A model generated the notes under the pieces. It saw only the letters and a program-made list of their open reading frames with translations, did not search any database and had not been told where the DNA came from. The translations under genes and the position numbers were made by a program. 64,000 bases of DNA from Octopus sinensis (Eukaryota): NCBI RefSeq assembly GCF_006345805.1, contig NC_043012.1:18600001-18664000 (forward strand). The letters run 5' to 3'. Below, one piece after another: positions 1-13,289 of this stretch (positions within the stretch are counted from its first letter, which is position 1; every line of letters begins with the position of its first letter).

Positions 1-599
1 ATAAAATTAAGCCAAGACTGGAAGGATGACATATTTTAGGCTTTCCTTTAGCGAATTCCCTTGTAAACGCCATCGTTCCACTTTCTAAACTAAATCTATA
101 TAAAATTAAAACTACCTAACGTAAAAAAAAAACATATAATTAATTTCTTTTTATTAGTGTTACCTCCTAGTTATATCACTCACTAAACTCAAAATATTGT
201 AATACTGAACAGGAAGTAAAATTAAAAAAGTATTGTACATCTGAACACTGTGTGTTACAAGTTTCCGAAATTAATCAATTAAAGATAAGATGAATTTATT
301 TTTGACCTACAGAAGAATATTTTAGAAAGCACAGAAGATTGCGAAATGTTTTAGAACAGAATAAGATGAAAGGAAAGTCATGAATTAATAAGAATTTTGA
401 CATAGGAAATTTGATTAATTTAGATATTAATAAAATAAACAGCTGTACTTGTGTTACCTCACTAAATACTGATTGCAACAGAATTGTAAAATTAATTGTG
501 CTGTGTGGCTAAATACATAATTTTTCACATAAACACTAATGAATATAAGTGTACTATATATATTTCTTCTGCAAATTATTCAACATGAATCCATTAACT

Positions 600-900
600 C
601 TCCAGCGGTAGATTGTATGTACCTGTCCGAAGTAAGGTGTATACGGAGAAAACCTTATCAGCTCTACATTGATTACTATGCAAAATCCACAAACGAAGGA
701 ATCCAGCTAATCTTGGGTTATAATACCGAACGAAATATAATGTTGAATAACTCATCGTTGTATATTGGTGTATTGGAATGACGGTGCTGTGGTTCAAATA
801 ATTGAGCCCTAACTCAGTAACTTATTTTTGGACTCACAATTAATCAAATATAATTCAAAGATGATTAATCGAATAAGACCATTGCATAGAGTGTTGTGAC
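600..900 (-). mobile_element. Highly decayed RNase H domain of an I-group non-LTR retrotransposon
   Basis: Manual minus-strand translation across stops and frameshifts gives TLYAMVL...HSNTPIYNDELFNII...PKISWIPSFVDFA / SNQCRADKVF. This resembles LINE RNase H motifs AELYAI, WIPSHVGI and GNE.AD. Confidence 0.35.
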
Positions 901-1204
901 TGGCTTCATCTTTACACTTGCCATTACTATGTTATATTTAGATTCTTTATTTTTTTATAGGTTGCTTCTGTCTGCGGCATGGTCAGTGACCATAATGGGG
1001 CAATAAGTTTCTGTCTTGTAAAATTTAATTCATATAATTAACTCCAGAACATTTTTAAAACGTTTGAGATTTACTTTATCGTTTTCTGTTGACGAATCAC
1101 TAGCTTACGTAGATGTAAACAAACTAGCTTCGGATGTCAAGTGAAGGATGTTAAAATGAAACATAGTGACATACATATCTATACGCATACACTTTAATAG
1201 TAAA

Positions 1205-1345
1205 ACAGGTTTTCGTACAGTTTCCGTTCAGCAACCTCTGTATCACGGCATGACTCAGCTCGAAGCTATAGCAGACAACACATACCCAAGACGCCGTACT
1301 GCGAAACTGAGTTCCAAAAGTAGCTGCATAGAGAGCTTCTTAACT
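1205..1345 (-). mobile_element. Decayed 5' fragment of SINE family A
   Basis: acaggttttcgtacagtttccg...gctatagcagacaacac aligns by eye with the well-preserved copies at 2816-3235 and 10623-11041. Confidence 0.6.
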
Positions 1346-1407
1346 ACGCAAATACAGGTGTGTGTGTGTGTTTGCATGTATATATATATATGTGTGTGTG
1401 TGTATAT

Positions 1408-1438
<31 letters not shown>

Positions 1439-1537
1439 GTGTGTGTAAGTATGTATTCACACACACTTGCGCATACATACATACATACATACATACATAC
1501 ATACATAAATACATACATATATATACATGCGCACACA

Positions 1538-1700
1538 CACAAGGCGTGCTGAAAATTTCCTGCATTGGGGTTATAGCGAAAGATCTGGTTGGACACTCAT
1601 TCTTCAGGGTCATTTTACAGGGCTTAGAAAAATTGAAAGATATGTGTATGTCCATAATGATTATATGCAAGCTGATTCATGTATAAATTGTACAGGTACG
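1538..1700 (+). mobile_element. Mariner deletion derivative (TIR joined to transposase C-terminus)
   Basis: TIR-like aggcgtgctgaaaatttcctg followed by ILQGLEKLKDMC, a mariner C-terminal-like motif. Homologous to 1815-1956. Confidence 0.5.
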
Positions 1701-1814
1701 ATCAGAGATATCAACATTTGTGTAATTCCTCGCAGTAGATCCTGACTCCTAAACACTTAGTACATCTGTTCAGCTCCTACAAACAACAACAGAATTGTTA
1801 GAGTTGTGTTACAT

Positions 1815-1954
1815 TAGAAGAGGTACTGAAAATTTCCTGGGTAAAACAAAATACAGGGCGATGTGTTAATAACGAGTTTGTTCGACATATTCACCGTTCA
1901 GATCCTCACACTTATTGCAACGGACTTCCAGTTTTTCTAAACCCTGTAAAATAA

Positions 1955-1956
<2 letters not shown>
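1815..1956 (-). mobile_element. Mariner 3' end fragment
   Basis: Minus strand translates ILQGLEKLEVRCNKCEDLNGEYVEQ (mariner C-terminus of the KLEKRW.KC..L.G.YVE type), followed by TIR-like ccaggaaattttcagtacctc. Confidence 0.7.
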
Positions 1957-1993
<37 letters not shown>

Positions 1994-1997
<4 letters not shown>

Positions 1998-2195
1998 AGC
2001 CTTTACGAAAAAAAATACGAAAGACTAATACAGGTGGTGTAGAAAACAAACAGATGCATTAGTATAACGCTCAGGAATAGAAAAAGTATTTTACGTTTCG
2101 AGCCTACGCTGTTCTACAGAAAGGGACACAGAGAACAAGGAGAGAAAAAAGGAGAGAAAAAATATGTGTGTAGTGGATAACGATCTATCATGCCG
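1994..2195 (-). mobile_element. PLE terminal-repeat remnant with hammerhead-like motif
   Basis: Minus strand 2088-2123 reads CTGTAGA A CAGC GTAG GCTC GAAA CG TA. Flanked by (TA)n on both sides. Same family at 23975 and 59645. Confidence 0.55.
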
Positions 2196-2249
2196 ACTGA
2201 TATATATATATATATATATATATGTCTGTGTGCATATATATATACACAC

Positions 2250-2494
2250 ACCAACATCGGCTGGGAAGCAATGTTGGAGGAGGAAACTCAGAAACAAAAA
2301 CACATGCATATGTATATATATACTTATACGACAGGCTTCTTTTCAGTTTCCGTCTACCAAATCCGCTCGCGAGGCTTTGGTCGGCCCGTGGCTATAATAG
2401 AAGACATTTCCTCACGGTGCCATGAAGTGAGACTGCACTCAGTACCATGTGGTTGGGAAGCACACTCCTTATCAGACAACCACCCCTCTGCCTA
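2250..2494 (-). mobile_element. SINE family A, 3'-truncated
   Basis: acgacaggcttcttttcagtttccgtctaccaaatcc...accatgtggttgg matches the family A head and body. Confidence 0.8.
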
Positions 2495-2571
2495 TAAATG
2501 CATACACAAACATACACACACACACATACACATACACACATATATATTATATATATATATATATATATAAT

Positions 2572-2634
<63 letters not shown>

Positions 2635-2815
2635 TTCAAATGAACAAAAGTTTAAGATTTAAAAAAAAGGAATAAATCGAAATATCTTGACACTCGCTGA
2701 AAGGAGAGAGTTTGACGTTACCAGCATAGTTTATGGTCGGAAAGGAGAAAGGGAAAGTTAAAAAATGGAGAATAAATCGCAAACGGCATACGTGTAGTTA
2801 CATTATGTATATATT

Positions 2816-3235
2816 ACTCTTTTACTCAGGTTACTCTTTTACTTGTTTCAGTCATTTGACTGCGGCCATGCTGGAGCACCCCCTTTTTTAGTCGAGCAAA
2901 TCGACCCCGGGACTTATTCTTTGTAAGCCCAGTACTTATTCTATCGGTCTCTTTTGCCGAACCGCTAAGTGACGGGGACGTAAACACACCAGCATCGGTT
3001 GTCAAGCAATGCTAGGGGGACAAGCACATACACAGAAACACACACATAAATATATATATATACATATATACGACAGGTTTCTTTCAGTTTCCGTCAAGCA
3101 AATCCACTCACAAGGCTTTGGTCGGCCCGTGGCTATAGCAGAAGACACTTGCCCAAGATGCCACGCAGTGGGACTGAACCCGGAGCCATGTGGTTGGTAA
3201 GCAATCTACTTACCACACATCCACTCCTGCGCCTA
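2816..3235 (-). mobile_element. Full-length tRNA-derived SINE family A
   Basis: Reverse complement is roughly 90% identical by eye to 10623-11041. Has a tRNA-like head (gtggtaag...ggttcagtccc), an internal TA/TG tract and a (GAGTAAAA)n tail. Confidence 0.9.
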
Positions 3236-4004
3236 CGTATATCTGTATTTCATATTCGTATTTAGAATTTAAACATATTTTGAATTATTCAGGTTAATAT
3301 GACACGAAGTGTTATTCTTAGATTTACAATATCCAGCTTCAATGTAAGATGATGGATATATATACATATATACATTTTCAATCTTATGGAGAAAGCAAAA
3401 TGCTTTGAATTGAAGATGACAACGAATACTTTAGAAAAAAAGTTTCTTCGTTTCCATATTTTAAACTTTTCATGGCTACTTTGTTAACTATGCAATCAGC
3501 ATAAAGCAAAGTGTTGTATAGGTTTATTACGACAGGTAAGAATTATTGATGAATGTAAGAACGTGTTAGGAAATCGAGAAAAGGTTTACTTCAAAATATT
3601 TATTCAATTTGAAAAATATAATTAAAAATATACACAGCTGTTGTACACTGCATAAAATGTTTATTTTGAATTACATCAATAAATGAAATCTCTTAAACAT
3701 TTCAATGAAGTAATATATAAACAAGACAAAAATCATTAATTAATTATATTTAAATGTGATGACTTAACGTGACGATAAACAGATGTGTGTCAGCTTCGAT
3801 ATAACGTCTAGTTTTTATATGTAGTACCTTCAAAACTTCTTCTCAGTTATTCAATTTATTTCGTTTGAAATCACTCGTGTAATTAGATAACGTCATAATT
3901 AGCAGGTGCCAGTCATTCAATTGATAGATAATTGCTTCTACTTGTCAGTATGACAAAAAAATGTAAATAGATAAAATTACAGCTTCATCGTGTGGCTTAT
4001 TCTA

Positions 4005-4560
<556 letters not shown>

Positions 4561-4575
4561 GTTTACCTCACAATA

Positions 4576-5416
4576 CGAGGTTTGATCAATAAATATCCGG
4601 ACTGTTGCCATAGTAACGAAGCTAAACCACACACAGTTAACACACTTGGTAAATATTGACCCTGAACTCCGTTGTGGATCCGCACTAATTTGAATGTTCT
4701 AACTCATTTCCACTGTTTACAGCAGTTTTTGGGAGGTGTGTAGCGTGTGATTGTCGCATTGACCATAACAGAGAAAGTTGTCACAGAGATACCTGCTCAG
4801 AGGGCTACGTAATATTGGAGAAAGTATGCGTAGAGGCACACACAAGTGTATGTGTGGTTCAGATGTTTTCAAGATGGCCAAAAATATGTCGATATTGACG
4901 AATGTTCTGGGAGACCCGCAACCAGCAGAAATGAGAAAAACATCGCAGAAATGCTTACTGCTGTGAGGGGAAATCGTTGAATCACTGTCCAAGTTATCAA
5001 AGGACGTGCAGATTAGTTACGGTTTAGTTCACTCCATTACAACTGAAGATTTCGTTATGAGACCTGTGTTAGCCGCGAATTCTGCAAAAAATGCTTTCAG
5101 CTGACCAAAAGGATACTGGGGTCTCAGTTGCACAATAGCTCATTAATTGTGTCAAGAATGATGAAAACTTTTTGAAAACTTTGGGCATGCCTCTGAGCAG
5201 ATATCGCCAAGAATCTGGCAAAATTTGATGCAGATTCTCTACTCAACTTTCTCTATGATGTCCAACGCGACAATCACACGTTACACACCGTCATTCCATG
5301 TACTGCTATAAACAGCGGAAGTGGGGTACAACACTAAAACTTAGTGCGCATGCGCAGCAGTGTTCTTCAGTTTCGTTAACATGGCAACAGTCCGGATACA
5401 TTTTGATGAGACCATG
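4576..5416 (+). mobile_element. Internally deleted mariner transposon with TIRs and TA target duplication
   Basis: ~48 bp imperfect TIRs (CGAGGTTTGATCAATAAATATCCGGACTGTTGCCATAGTAACGAAGCT vs reverse complement of the right end CATGGTCTCATCAAAATGTATCCGGACTGTTGCCATGTTAACGAAACT). TA at 4574-75 and 5417-18. Internal VYVWFRCFQDGQKYVDIDECSGRP...ISYGLVHSITTEDFVMR is the mariner HTH region; the DD34D domain is missing. Confidence 0.92.
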
Positions 5417-5619
5417 TAAATCTATGTATCTATCAGTCTATCAAATATATTGGTGCACTTTGCTATTGCTCTACTGCTCTACGTGTATGCATGTAGGTAT
5501 ATATCCATATTGATACGTCTGTATGTGTATAAATATGTATGCCTACATGCGTTTGTGAATGTGTGCGTATTATGTGTATATTTATATATATTAATACTTA
5601 TACACACATACACACTATA

Positions 5620-7990
5620 TGTCAAAAACAATAAAATTGACAACGGGATAGGGGGAGCTTTGATGCAAAAATACTTGTTAACGTTTTGGGCTTTAGTTCT
5701 TCATCGGAATAAAGAAAGAGAGATAGAGAGAGCAGGAGAAAGACAAATAGTGAAGTGAAAAGAAGCAAGATTAAACGTAAAGTATAATAAATCAGTTATA
5801 TGAATTACGACATTATGAGAAGGGTAAATGAAGGTATGCATAAGCATATATGAAATGTATTTGATTGGATGCTGGCAGATAGGAGATTGGAATGTGTTGA
5901 GGCGTTGTACTTATATGTACAGAGGCGTGTATGGACCGAAGTCTATCGGTGTTGATTGCTGATAACGTGAGTATGCTTGCGCGCGCTTGTGTGTGTTTTT
6001 CCTTGTGTGAATTTCCGTAAGAGGTGAGAATGAACGTGAATTCGAGGGATCGAGTGAAACGCGTTGGAAGGCAAGGGGAATATGGAAATACCGTTTAGGT
6101 CAGTGCATGTATATAAAAAAGTTAAGTTCGAATGTCAAGACTTATTCCAACGAAAGGGGTGTTTTAAACAAAATGTTGTAAATGTTAGAATTGTACGATA
6201 TGTGTGAGAAGAGAAATAGTCAAAGTAGCCGGTTAAAATCCCTGCCACAGTGGCAAAAATGGTTGTAAATTATATAGCGGGCGTTTGAGATACTAAAAAA
6301 AATGGTAACATCAGCAGAAAAGTAGAGATAGCTGTTGAAGAAGCCGGTAAAATTAAAAGAGAAAACAACAATATGATGAAGTAATGGACGAGATATACGG
6401 ACGTGTTAGACAAAAATAGATTTCGAGACGGAATTTTCCACTTTTGAAATTCGAGTCGATACTTAGTTTATAGTATGAGGAGGGACACTGGTGGTAGTTT
6501 AAAATCAGCTGTGATTCAAATAAGAGTTGACAAGTGGAAGAAAGAAGTATGAGTGACTGTTTTATTTAATATTTGTGTGTGAGCTTGTGTCCCTGTACGT
6601 GCATGTGCGTATGTGCGTTTGAAACTAGGAAAAATAAGGGTGTCTTTGCAAAGAAGTACTACTGTTTTGTATATGTAAGCATACACACGTGTAATTGAAG
6701 AGTGGAGCCCTATTTATACGAACACCAATGTACATTAGCGTGTTTGTTCTATATGGGAAAACTAATACCTGTGAGGATGTGCGTGTTACTATGTCGATGC
6801 GCATTTTACTAGGGTTAAGAGTGTAGAGGAATAGCGTTTGGCGTATATGAGTATATAAGGTGTATTAGGGAAAGGCGTTAGCGGATGAGGAAATTCGTCG
6901 AAAGGAAGAGCGTGCTTATGTGGAAGCTGTTTAGTTTATTTGTTTATTCATTTGGTGAGGTGGTGTGAAGTGAGGTTTGAAGTGATTGTGGGATGGAGAC
7001 GGTGAGCTGGCATGCTGGTGGCAAAACAGAAATGCGAGAGTAGAAAGAGGGATACATGAATGATGAATCTGAGAGGACAATTGCAACTTGATAAAACCGA
7101 AGTGGCAAATTTAGGAGTGCTAGTGTGTGCATATGCAAGCGGAATATGAGGACTTATTCCACTAGAAGTTGAACGGTGCGGAATCCGATGCCGGAGTCCA
7201 AGCCGAGGATTGACACGTGTTGAGTGGATTGGTGAATGGAATGGAAAAAAGTGGAAATATCGCTATCCATTATAGAACCGACTTTCCTGATTTCCTCCTT
7301 GAAATTCTCGGCAAGTCTTGTGTGTGTATGCAAACCACATCAGAAGTACACAGGAATATTACAGCACATTTTAGAGGTAGTTGGACGTGCATTGCACAGA
7401 GCCCGTACAGATTTGTATCTGAAGCGGATTTTGAATGGAAAAGCTGGGTATAGTTGTAGGAAATGGAGCATAGAACGGATACGGGATACAATTGTGAGGA
7501 TGTGGAATTGTTGAAGACGAAATGTCGTAATTGGTGGACCTCTTTTAAAGAATGAATAACTCTGAGAAGGAAGTAACGAGATGTAAGCAAGGTAGATTAA
7601 ATTGTTGGGTGAATGTTGAAGTGCAAGTTCCAGACTTCTCGATGAGCCCAAAGGTGGCGAGTTATGGACATACCATTTGCCTTAAGGTGATAGGGATGAA
7701 CGAGACTACCGGGAGGTTCGTACAGAGGGGTTTAGGGGAGCATTCAGACAATGAATGTATAGCCTGTGATGATGAAGTGTTTGGAAGCGCTGAATTGTAG
7801 AAGAGAGGAGGATATACGTTGGCAGATGATGGAAAAAGGATTTTTGGTTATAAGAACGGGTCACGCGCAGAGGACAATGCAGTACAATGTACAGTGACTA
7901 TTTCGGTTTTTCTGGCGTTAGACAGCCACATCAGAATAGTGACCAATTGTCTGCTAGTCTCATGATGATATCATAGCAAGTGAACAACTT
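5620..7990 (-). mobile_element. Old, heavily decayed retroelement, probably Penelope-like
   Basis: Strong strand bias (plus strand purine-rich). Decayed hammerhead-like CCGATGA A GAAC TAAA GCCC AAAA CG TT on the minus strand at ~5675-5712, near the inferred 3' end. Only weak ORF remnants (GVRINRAPLFNY; HHHRLYIHCL). Confidence 0.4.
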
Positions 7991-8522
7991 TAGTCAACAA
8001 AGGGATATGTGAGTGGATGGGCAAAGAATTCCCCCACGAAAGTTATATATCTACAGAGACAAGTACATACATAAACACATACATACATACATAATACATA
8101 TAAAAAAAAAATATATATATATACATATATATAAATACTCTTATATACAATTACACACACACACACATACACACACACACACACACACCACACATATATA
8201 TATATATATATAATATTTTACAATTTTATATAGGCGTATATACAATTGAATGTGAACCATATGTGTACATAATATATGTAAATATGTAAATATATACATA
8301 AATATATCGATCAAAAAGAAATACGTCTAGCAATATAGCTATTGATATTGTTTGATGTTAAAATCGGATTTTCATTATTCCGTTGGTGACATACCATATT
8401 CTGTTTGAAGAATACGAAAGACGTGTAATTGTCTGGACAGTAAGATTAGAAAAGCGGAGTATTAAATGTTCATTTGTCACTATTATGAATGTGAATATTA
8501 TTGATTGCTCTCCTCATGTATG

Positions 8523-8556
<34 letters not shown>

Positions 8557-8573
8557 TGTATGCCTGTATTATG

Positions 8574-8622
<49 letters not shown>

Positions 8623-8700
8623 TTGTATATATTCATATATACATATACTTATATATACATACATATATATATACATATATATACACACATATACACACAC

Positions 8701-8733
<33 letters not shown>

Positions 8734-9864
8734 ATATACTTTTTAGGTATTTTTTCAGATGCTATATTTAAGAGATCAATATCTACGAATACACCGTACA
8801 AGGTCTCAAAGATGAAAACAAAATGCTCTCCTGTTCTATTGCATATATGGCCTAAGGATACCTTTGGATAAAACGCTATTTCGTTACATCTCTAACACCG
8901 TTGTCTTCATACAGTCTACATCACCACAAAACCAACATCTTATAGAATTAAACACTGTTTAGCAATCAGTAGAGAAGTAGTAGAATTTCGAGAAGAATTG
9001 CAGTGTGTTATGGCTTCCTGATAACATTTGAACCATTCGTCAAACTAGCTCCATTTTAAGTGCCATTAAATGTGATTAATAGTTCTGTGTTTAAGAAGCA
9101 ATTCCACAGAGGTGAATATTTAAATAATGTATACCGAACAGGAAAAATGTTTCAAGACAGTGATAACAGGTGAACATTTAGGGAAGCAGAATATTATAAC
9201 GTTGTGTTGCGAAAAAGAATTCATAGAATCATGGAATTTTCTGTATTAATATCTTCCAAATTTGAAGAACAAGTTTAGAATATTGATTTCATGTACGAAG
9301 GCACAAAGCCAAAAATTTTGTAGGTGAGTGATATTATGGAATAAATCGAAGGCTGTGTAACATTAATTATTCAGTCGATATGACGAAATTGACAGAAATA
9401 GTAACAAACTCCAGCACATTTGGAGAACTTATCATCCTCCCTTTGTGAATCATCATGAAATCCTTCGCTGTGGGATCTCTAAAATAAGTAATACATTATC
9501 ACTCAATCAATCTGTAAAACCCTTTTAGCATGAATTTAAAGCTGTATGTGGCAATACATAGGCAATGCGTACGACAAAATTTATCGACTTAGTTGTATAT
9601 AACAAATTGAAACAGAGGACATAAAATTCAGAATTTAGTCGATTCGCTTCGTGGTATTTCTTCATTTACGATCTACTTCTCGACATATGAACAGCAGGAT
9701 GTTGCTTCATCATACGAGCAATCCGAATAATTTATATTTTCTCTAGACGAAGACATGTCAATACTTGGATGATTTATGAGCTCATGTCAGCATTCATAAA
9801 AATATTGTGTTCAAACATGCCAGATGTCAGACACACATATACACACATGAATGCACACATGAAT

Positions 9865-9897
<33 letters not shown>

Positions 9898-9950
9898 ACA
9901 CACACACGCACACACACATACACATACATTTATATATACATGTATATATG

Positions 9951-10010
<60 letters not shown>

Positions 10011-10622
10011 AACATATATATGAGAAAGGTCACGTTTGTATTCTTGTGTATGTTAATGCTTTTGTACATATACGAAATTAATATTTTCATTACGCTATCC
10101 TATTTTAAAATAATATGAAGTGGCATTTGCTAAGCTTGTGTGTACTGCAGCTCAAAAAGCTGACATCATATATAGCTTACAAATCAGCATTATTGAAAAT
10201 GCTCATCAATATAGGTTGTGATAATAGAATATATTTCTATGAATTCTGGTTGCTATAAATTTTAAAATGTTATAATGTATGCTTAATGACAAGTATTGTT
10301 AAAAAGAACGGTGGTTCGAATTTTAGAAAAAAACTATCGTATCAATTAACTATACTTCCGAATATATGTAGATAAGATATACTTTCTTTTGACTGGTTAT
10401 ATTCTGAAGCGATGATCCAGTGTAATTTTCTTGAATGCTCAAACAAAAATAATTATTTGTGGGTTTAATACGCATTATTTTTGTTGAATAAAATATTGCC
10501 ATTAATGGGGAGACTAAGACTCACGTGATAGTGATATGATCGTTATGTATGTATGTTATGGGACGAATTGTATGAGCTGCATATATTTACGTTTTGGTCA
10601 ATTAATAGTTTAATTCCTTCAC

Positions 10623-10779
10623 AGTGGCTGTGTGGTAAGTAGCTTGCTAACCAACCACATGGTTCCGGGTTCTGTCCCACTGCGTGGAATCTTGGGCAAG
10701 TGTCTTCTGCTATAGCCCCGGGCCGACCAATGCCTTGTGAGTGGATTTGGTAGACGGAAACTGAAAGAAGCCTGTCATA

Positions 10780-10822
<43 letters not shown>

Positions 10823-11041
10823 TTGTGTGTCTGTGTTTGTCCCTCTAGCATTGCTTGACAACCGATGCTGGTGTATTTACGTCCCCGTCACTTAGCGGTT
10901 CGGCAAAAGTGACCGATAGAATAAGTACTGGGCTTACAAAGAATAAGTCCCGGGGTCGATGTGCTCGACTAAAGGCGGTGCTCCAGCATGGCTGCTGTCA
11001 AATGACTGAAACAAGTAAAAGAGTAAAAGAGTAAGGAGAGT
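10623..11041 (+). mobile_element. Near full-length SINE family A
   Basis: agtggctgtgtggtaagtagc...ggttccgggttctgtccc head, internal microsatellite, tail ...gactgaaacaagtaaaagagtaaaagagt. Confidence 0.9.
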
Positions 11042-11157
11042 ATTACTTTCATATTCGAAACACAAGATGTTTCTTTTGTAAAGAATATACGAACAAATAT
11101 AAACTATAGGTAAATTCTCACAAAATGTAGAAATACACACACGCACACGCACACACA

Positions 11158-11188
<31 letters not shown>

Positions 11189-11224
11189 AAAATAACGTCT
11201 GAGATCTAGGCAAAGGAACAGTTG

Positions 11225-11595
11225 CACGGTGGTTAGTGTGTAATTTATACGTGAATGTAGGAGTGTGTATGAATGTGGAGTTAAAACAGAATGGTTTTGG
11301 GTTCAGTCCTACTGCACGGCACCCCGGGCCTCCTGAGGTTTTGTGAATAAGTTTCGTTGATGGAAATTATGATAGCCTGCTGTATAAATATGTCTGCATG
11401 TGTGTGTTTGTGTGTGTGTGTGTGTATTTTGCGTATGTCTTTCTGTACGTGAATATTTAATATATATGCTGAGATCGACTTTGCTTTTCATCCTTTCGGG
11501 CTCGATAAATTAAGTACCGGTTGCGTACTAGTGTAGATTTAATAAACTGGCTCTCTACCCCAAAATTTCGTGCCTTGTGCTTAGAGTAGAAAGAC
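11225..11595 (+). mobile_element. Decayed chimeric SINE (A-like head, B-like core and tail)
   Basis: gggttcagtcctactgc head, then cgactttgcttttcatcctttcggg...ccttgtgcttagagtagaaag, shared with 37070-37232. Confidence 0.55.
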
Positions 11596-11700
11596 TATTT
11601 AACATATATGCCCCGTCTACATATGTTTGGCCTTATTTCTATTTATAAACACAGACACACACGGGAACATACGCGCACAGAAACACACACGTGTGCAGAG

Positions 11701-11742
<42 letters not shown>

Positions 11743-12310
11743 ATATCGGTATATATTTATATATATAAAATTCAGTTATCCGTTTATGCCTTTAAATATA
11801 TTGCTTTCTCCAAATCAGTTGATCTTATTTGCATAATTTAATGATTTAAATTTTTGTAATTCAATTAATTTATTATTATTGCGTTGTAGAGTGCAAATTG
11901 ATAATTAAAGTATATCTATTAAGGTAAAAATTTGACCTGGTTCTCTAATCAACATAGTTTTATCTCCCGTACCGTTGTACCTACGTACTCAGGATTCTGC
12001 TCAAGGGGTTCAATAATGCCTATAGCTATTCCTAGCTCGAAAATACCATGATTGCTCTAGCACTGTTGTGAAGATTTGCATAATTAAATTTTTCCTTGAA
12101 GAATAATTAGATTATTTAAATTGCTAATGCAGTAACTATCTAAGTGTCGATATTTATGAGAATGTTCTAAGGTAGACTACACAATTGCAGCCGTTGCTCT
12201 GCGACTTTAGAACAATATAATACAGCCGTAGCTTTTGCGGTCATTCACATTTATTGGCTCCAATTTCCAATCTCTAGAATCCTCTTTCGCATATAATGCA
12301 AATACGGACT

Positions 12311-12311
<1 letters not shown>

Positions 12312-12364
<53 letters not shown>

Positions 12365-12365
12365 T

Positions 12366-12436
<71 letters not shown>

Positions 12437-12437
12437 G
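12312..12437. repeat. (AGAT)n microsatellite
   Basis: About 30 near-perfect AGAT units. Confidence 0.95.
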
Positions 12438-12589
12438 ATAAATATGTGGAACTCACACACAAGATACAGGAAACGTATATATACACCATTCTGTTTAAAT
12501 AGTGGAAATGCAGATAAATATCCTTACATATCTCACGTCTGTTTCCATTCCTTCAATTGACACTGTATTTCATATCTACTCTATAATAA

Positions 12590-12890
12590 TTATGACTTGG
12601 AATTTTTTTTGCTCTCCTTCATAACAGAATGAAGCGTCTCACGTCTTTCATACTTTTCAAGGAACTGTAGCATCCAGTTGTTAGATGCTTGAAGACATTT
12701 TGACAGCCAAAATGTCGCGGTTTTGTAAGGGGTTACAAACTGGATCAAACCGCGGCCTCTTCGAGCTCTGGGTAGGTAAAGATGATCTGCGTCTGTCTTT
12801 GGGTGGGGCATCTTATTGCAAGTAAGCAGCTTATGGATTTTCTTGTCAGTCTTCCTTAGGTCGCTCATATTCCAGTTCAACAAATCGAAA
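12590..12890 (-). mobile_element. Dong/R4-clade LINE fragment (post-RT region)
   Basis: ORF 12590-12883: DKKIHKLLTCNKMPHPKTDADHLYLPRARRGRGLIQ. Confidence 0.85.
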
Positions 12891-12974
12891 CTGCTAAACC
12901 GGAACTGCTAAAGAGATTATAGCTAATGTTTAGAACTGCTTATTGTCATTATTATTATTATTATTGTTGTTTAT

Positions 12975-13268
12975 GGTTTTCTTTCATTATAAGTTTTATT
13001 TCAACTGCCTTACCACCGGGCATCCCCCGGAGTCAAAGATTAGCAAGGGCACTTTTGTTTGTTATGCATGCTAAAATTATCACCATATGTATTCCATTTT
13101 AGATGGAGAGTGTTTTCCGAGGTATATGGACTGTACATATACATGTTATCTTTTGTTGTTCATGGAAATTAGAGTTACCAGGGAGTTACTTGATATATTT
13201 CTCACCTCCCTTCTTTATCATTCCCAATGCACCAGTTACCACTGGTATTACCGTAGTACTCAGCTTCC
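12975..13268 (-). mobile_element. Dong/R4-clade LINE 3' end (5'-truncated)
   Basis: Minus strand LSTTVIPVVTGALGMIKKG...QQKITCICTVHIPRKTLSI* plus 3' UTR. Bounded by (TAA)n at both ends. Confidence 0.8.
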
Positions 13269-13289
13269 TCATTATTATTATTATTATTA

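Noticed and set aside
8400-8440. CTGT TTGAAGA ATAC GAAA GAC...GTC T GG ACAG hammerhead-like pattern
   Set aside because: C3 is altered, there is no stem II, and G occupies the cleavage position. Too many deviations.
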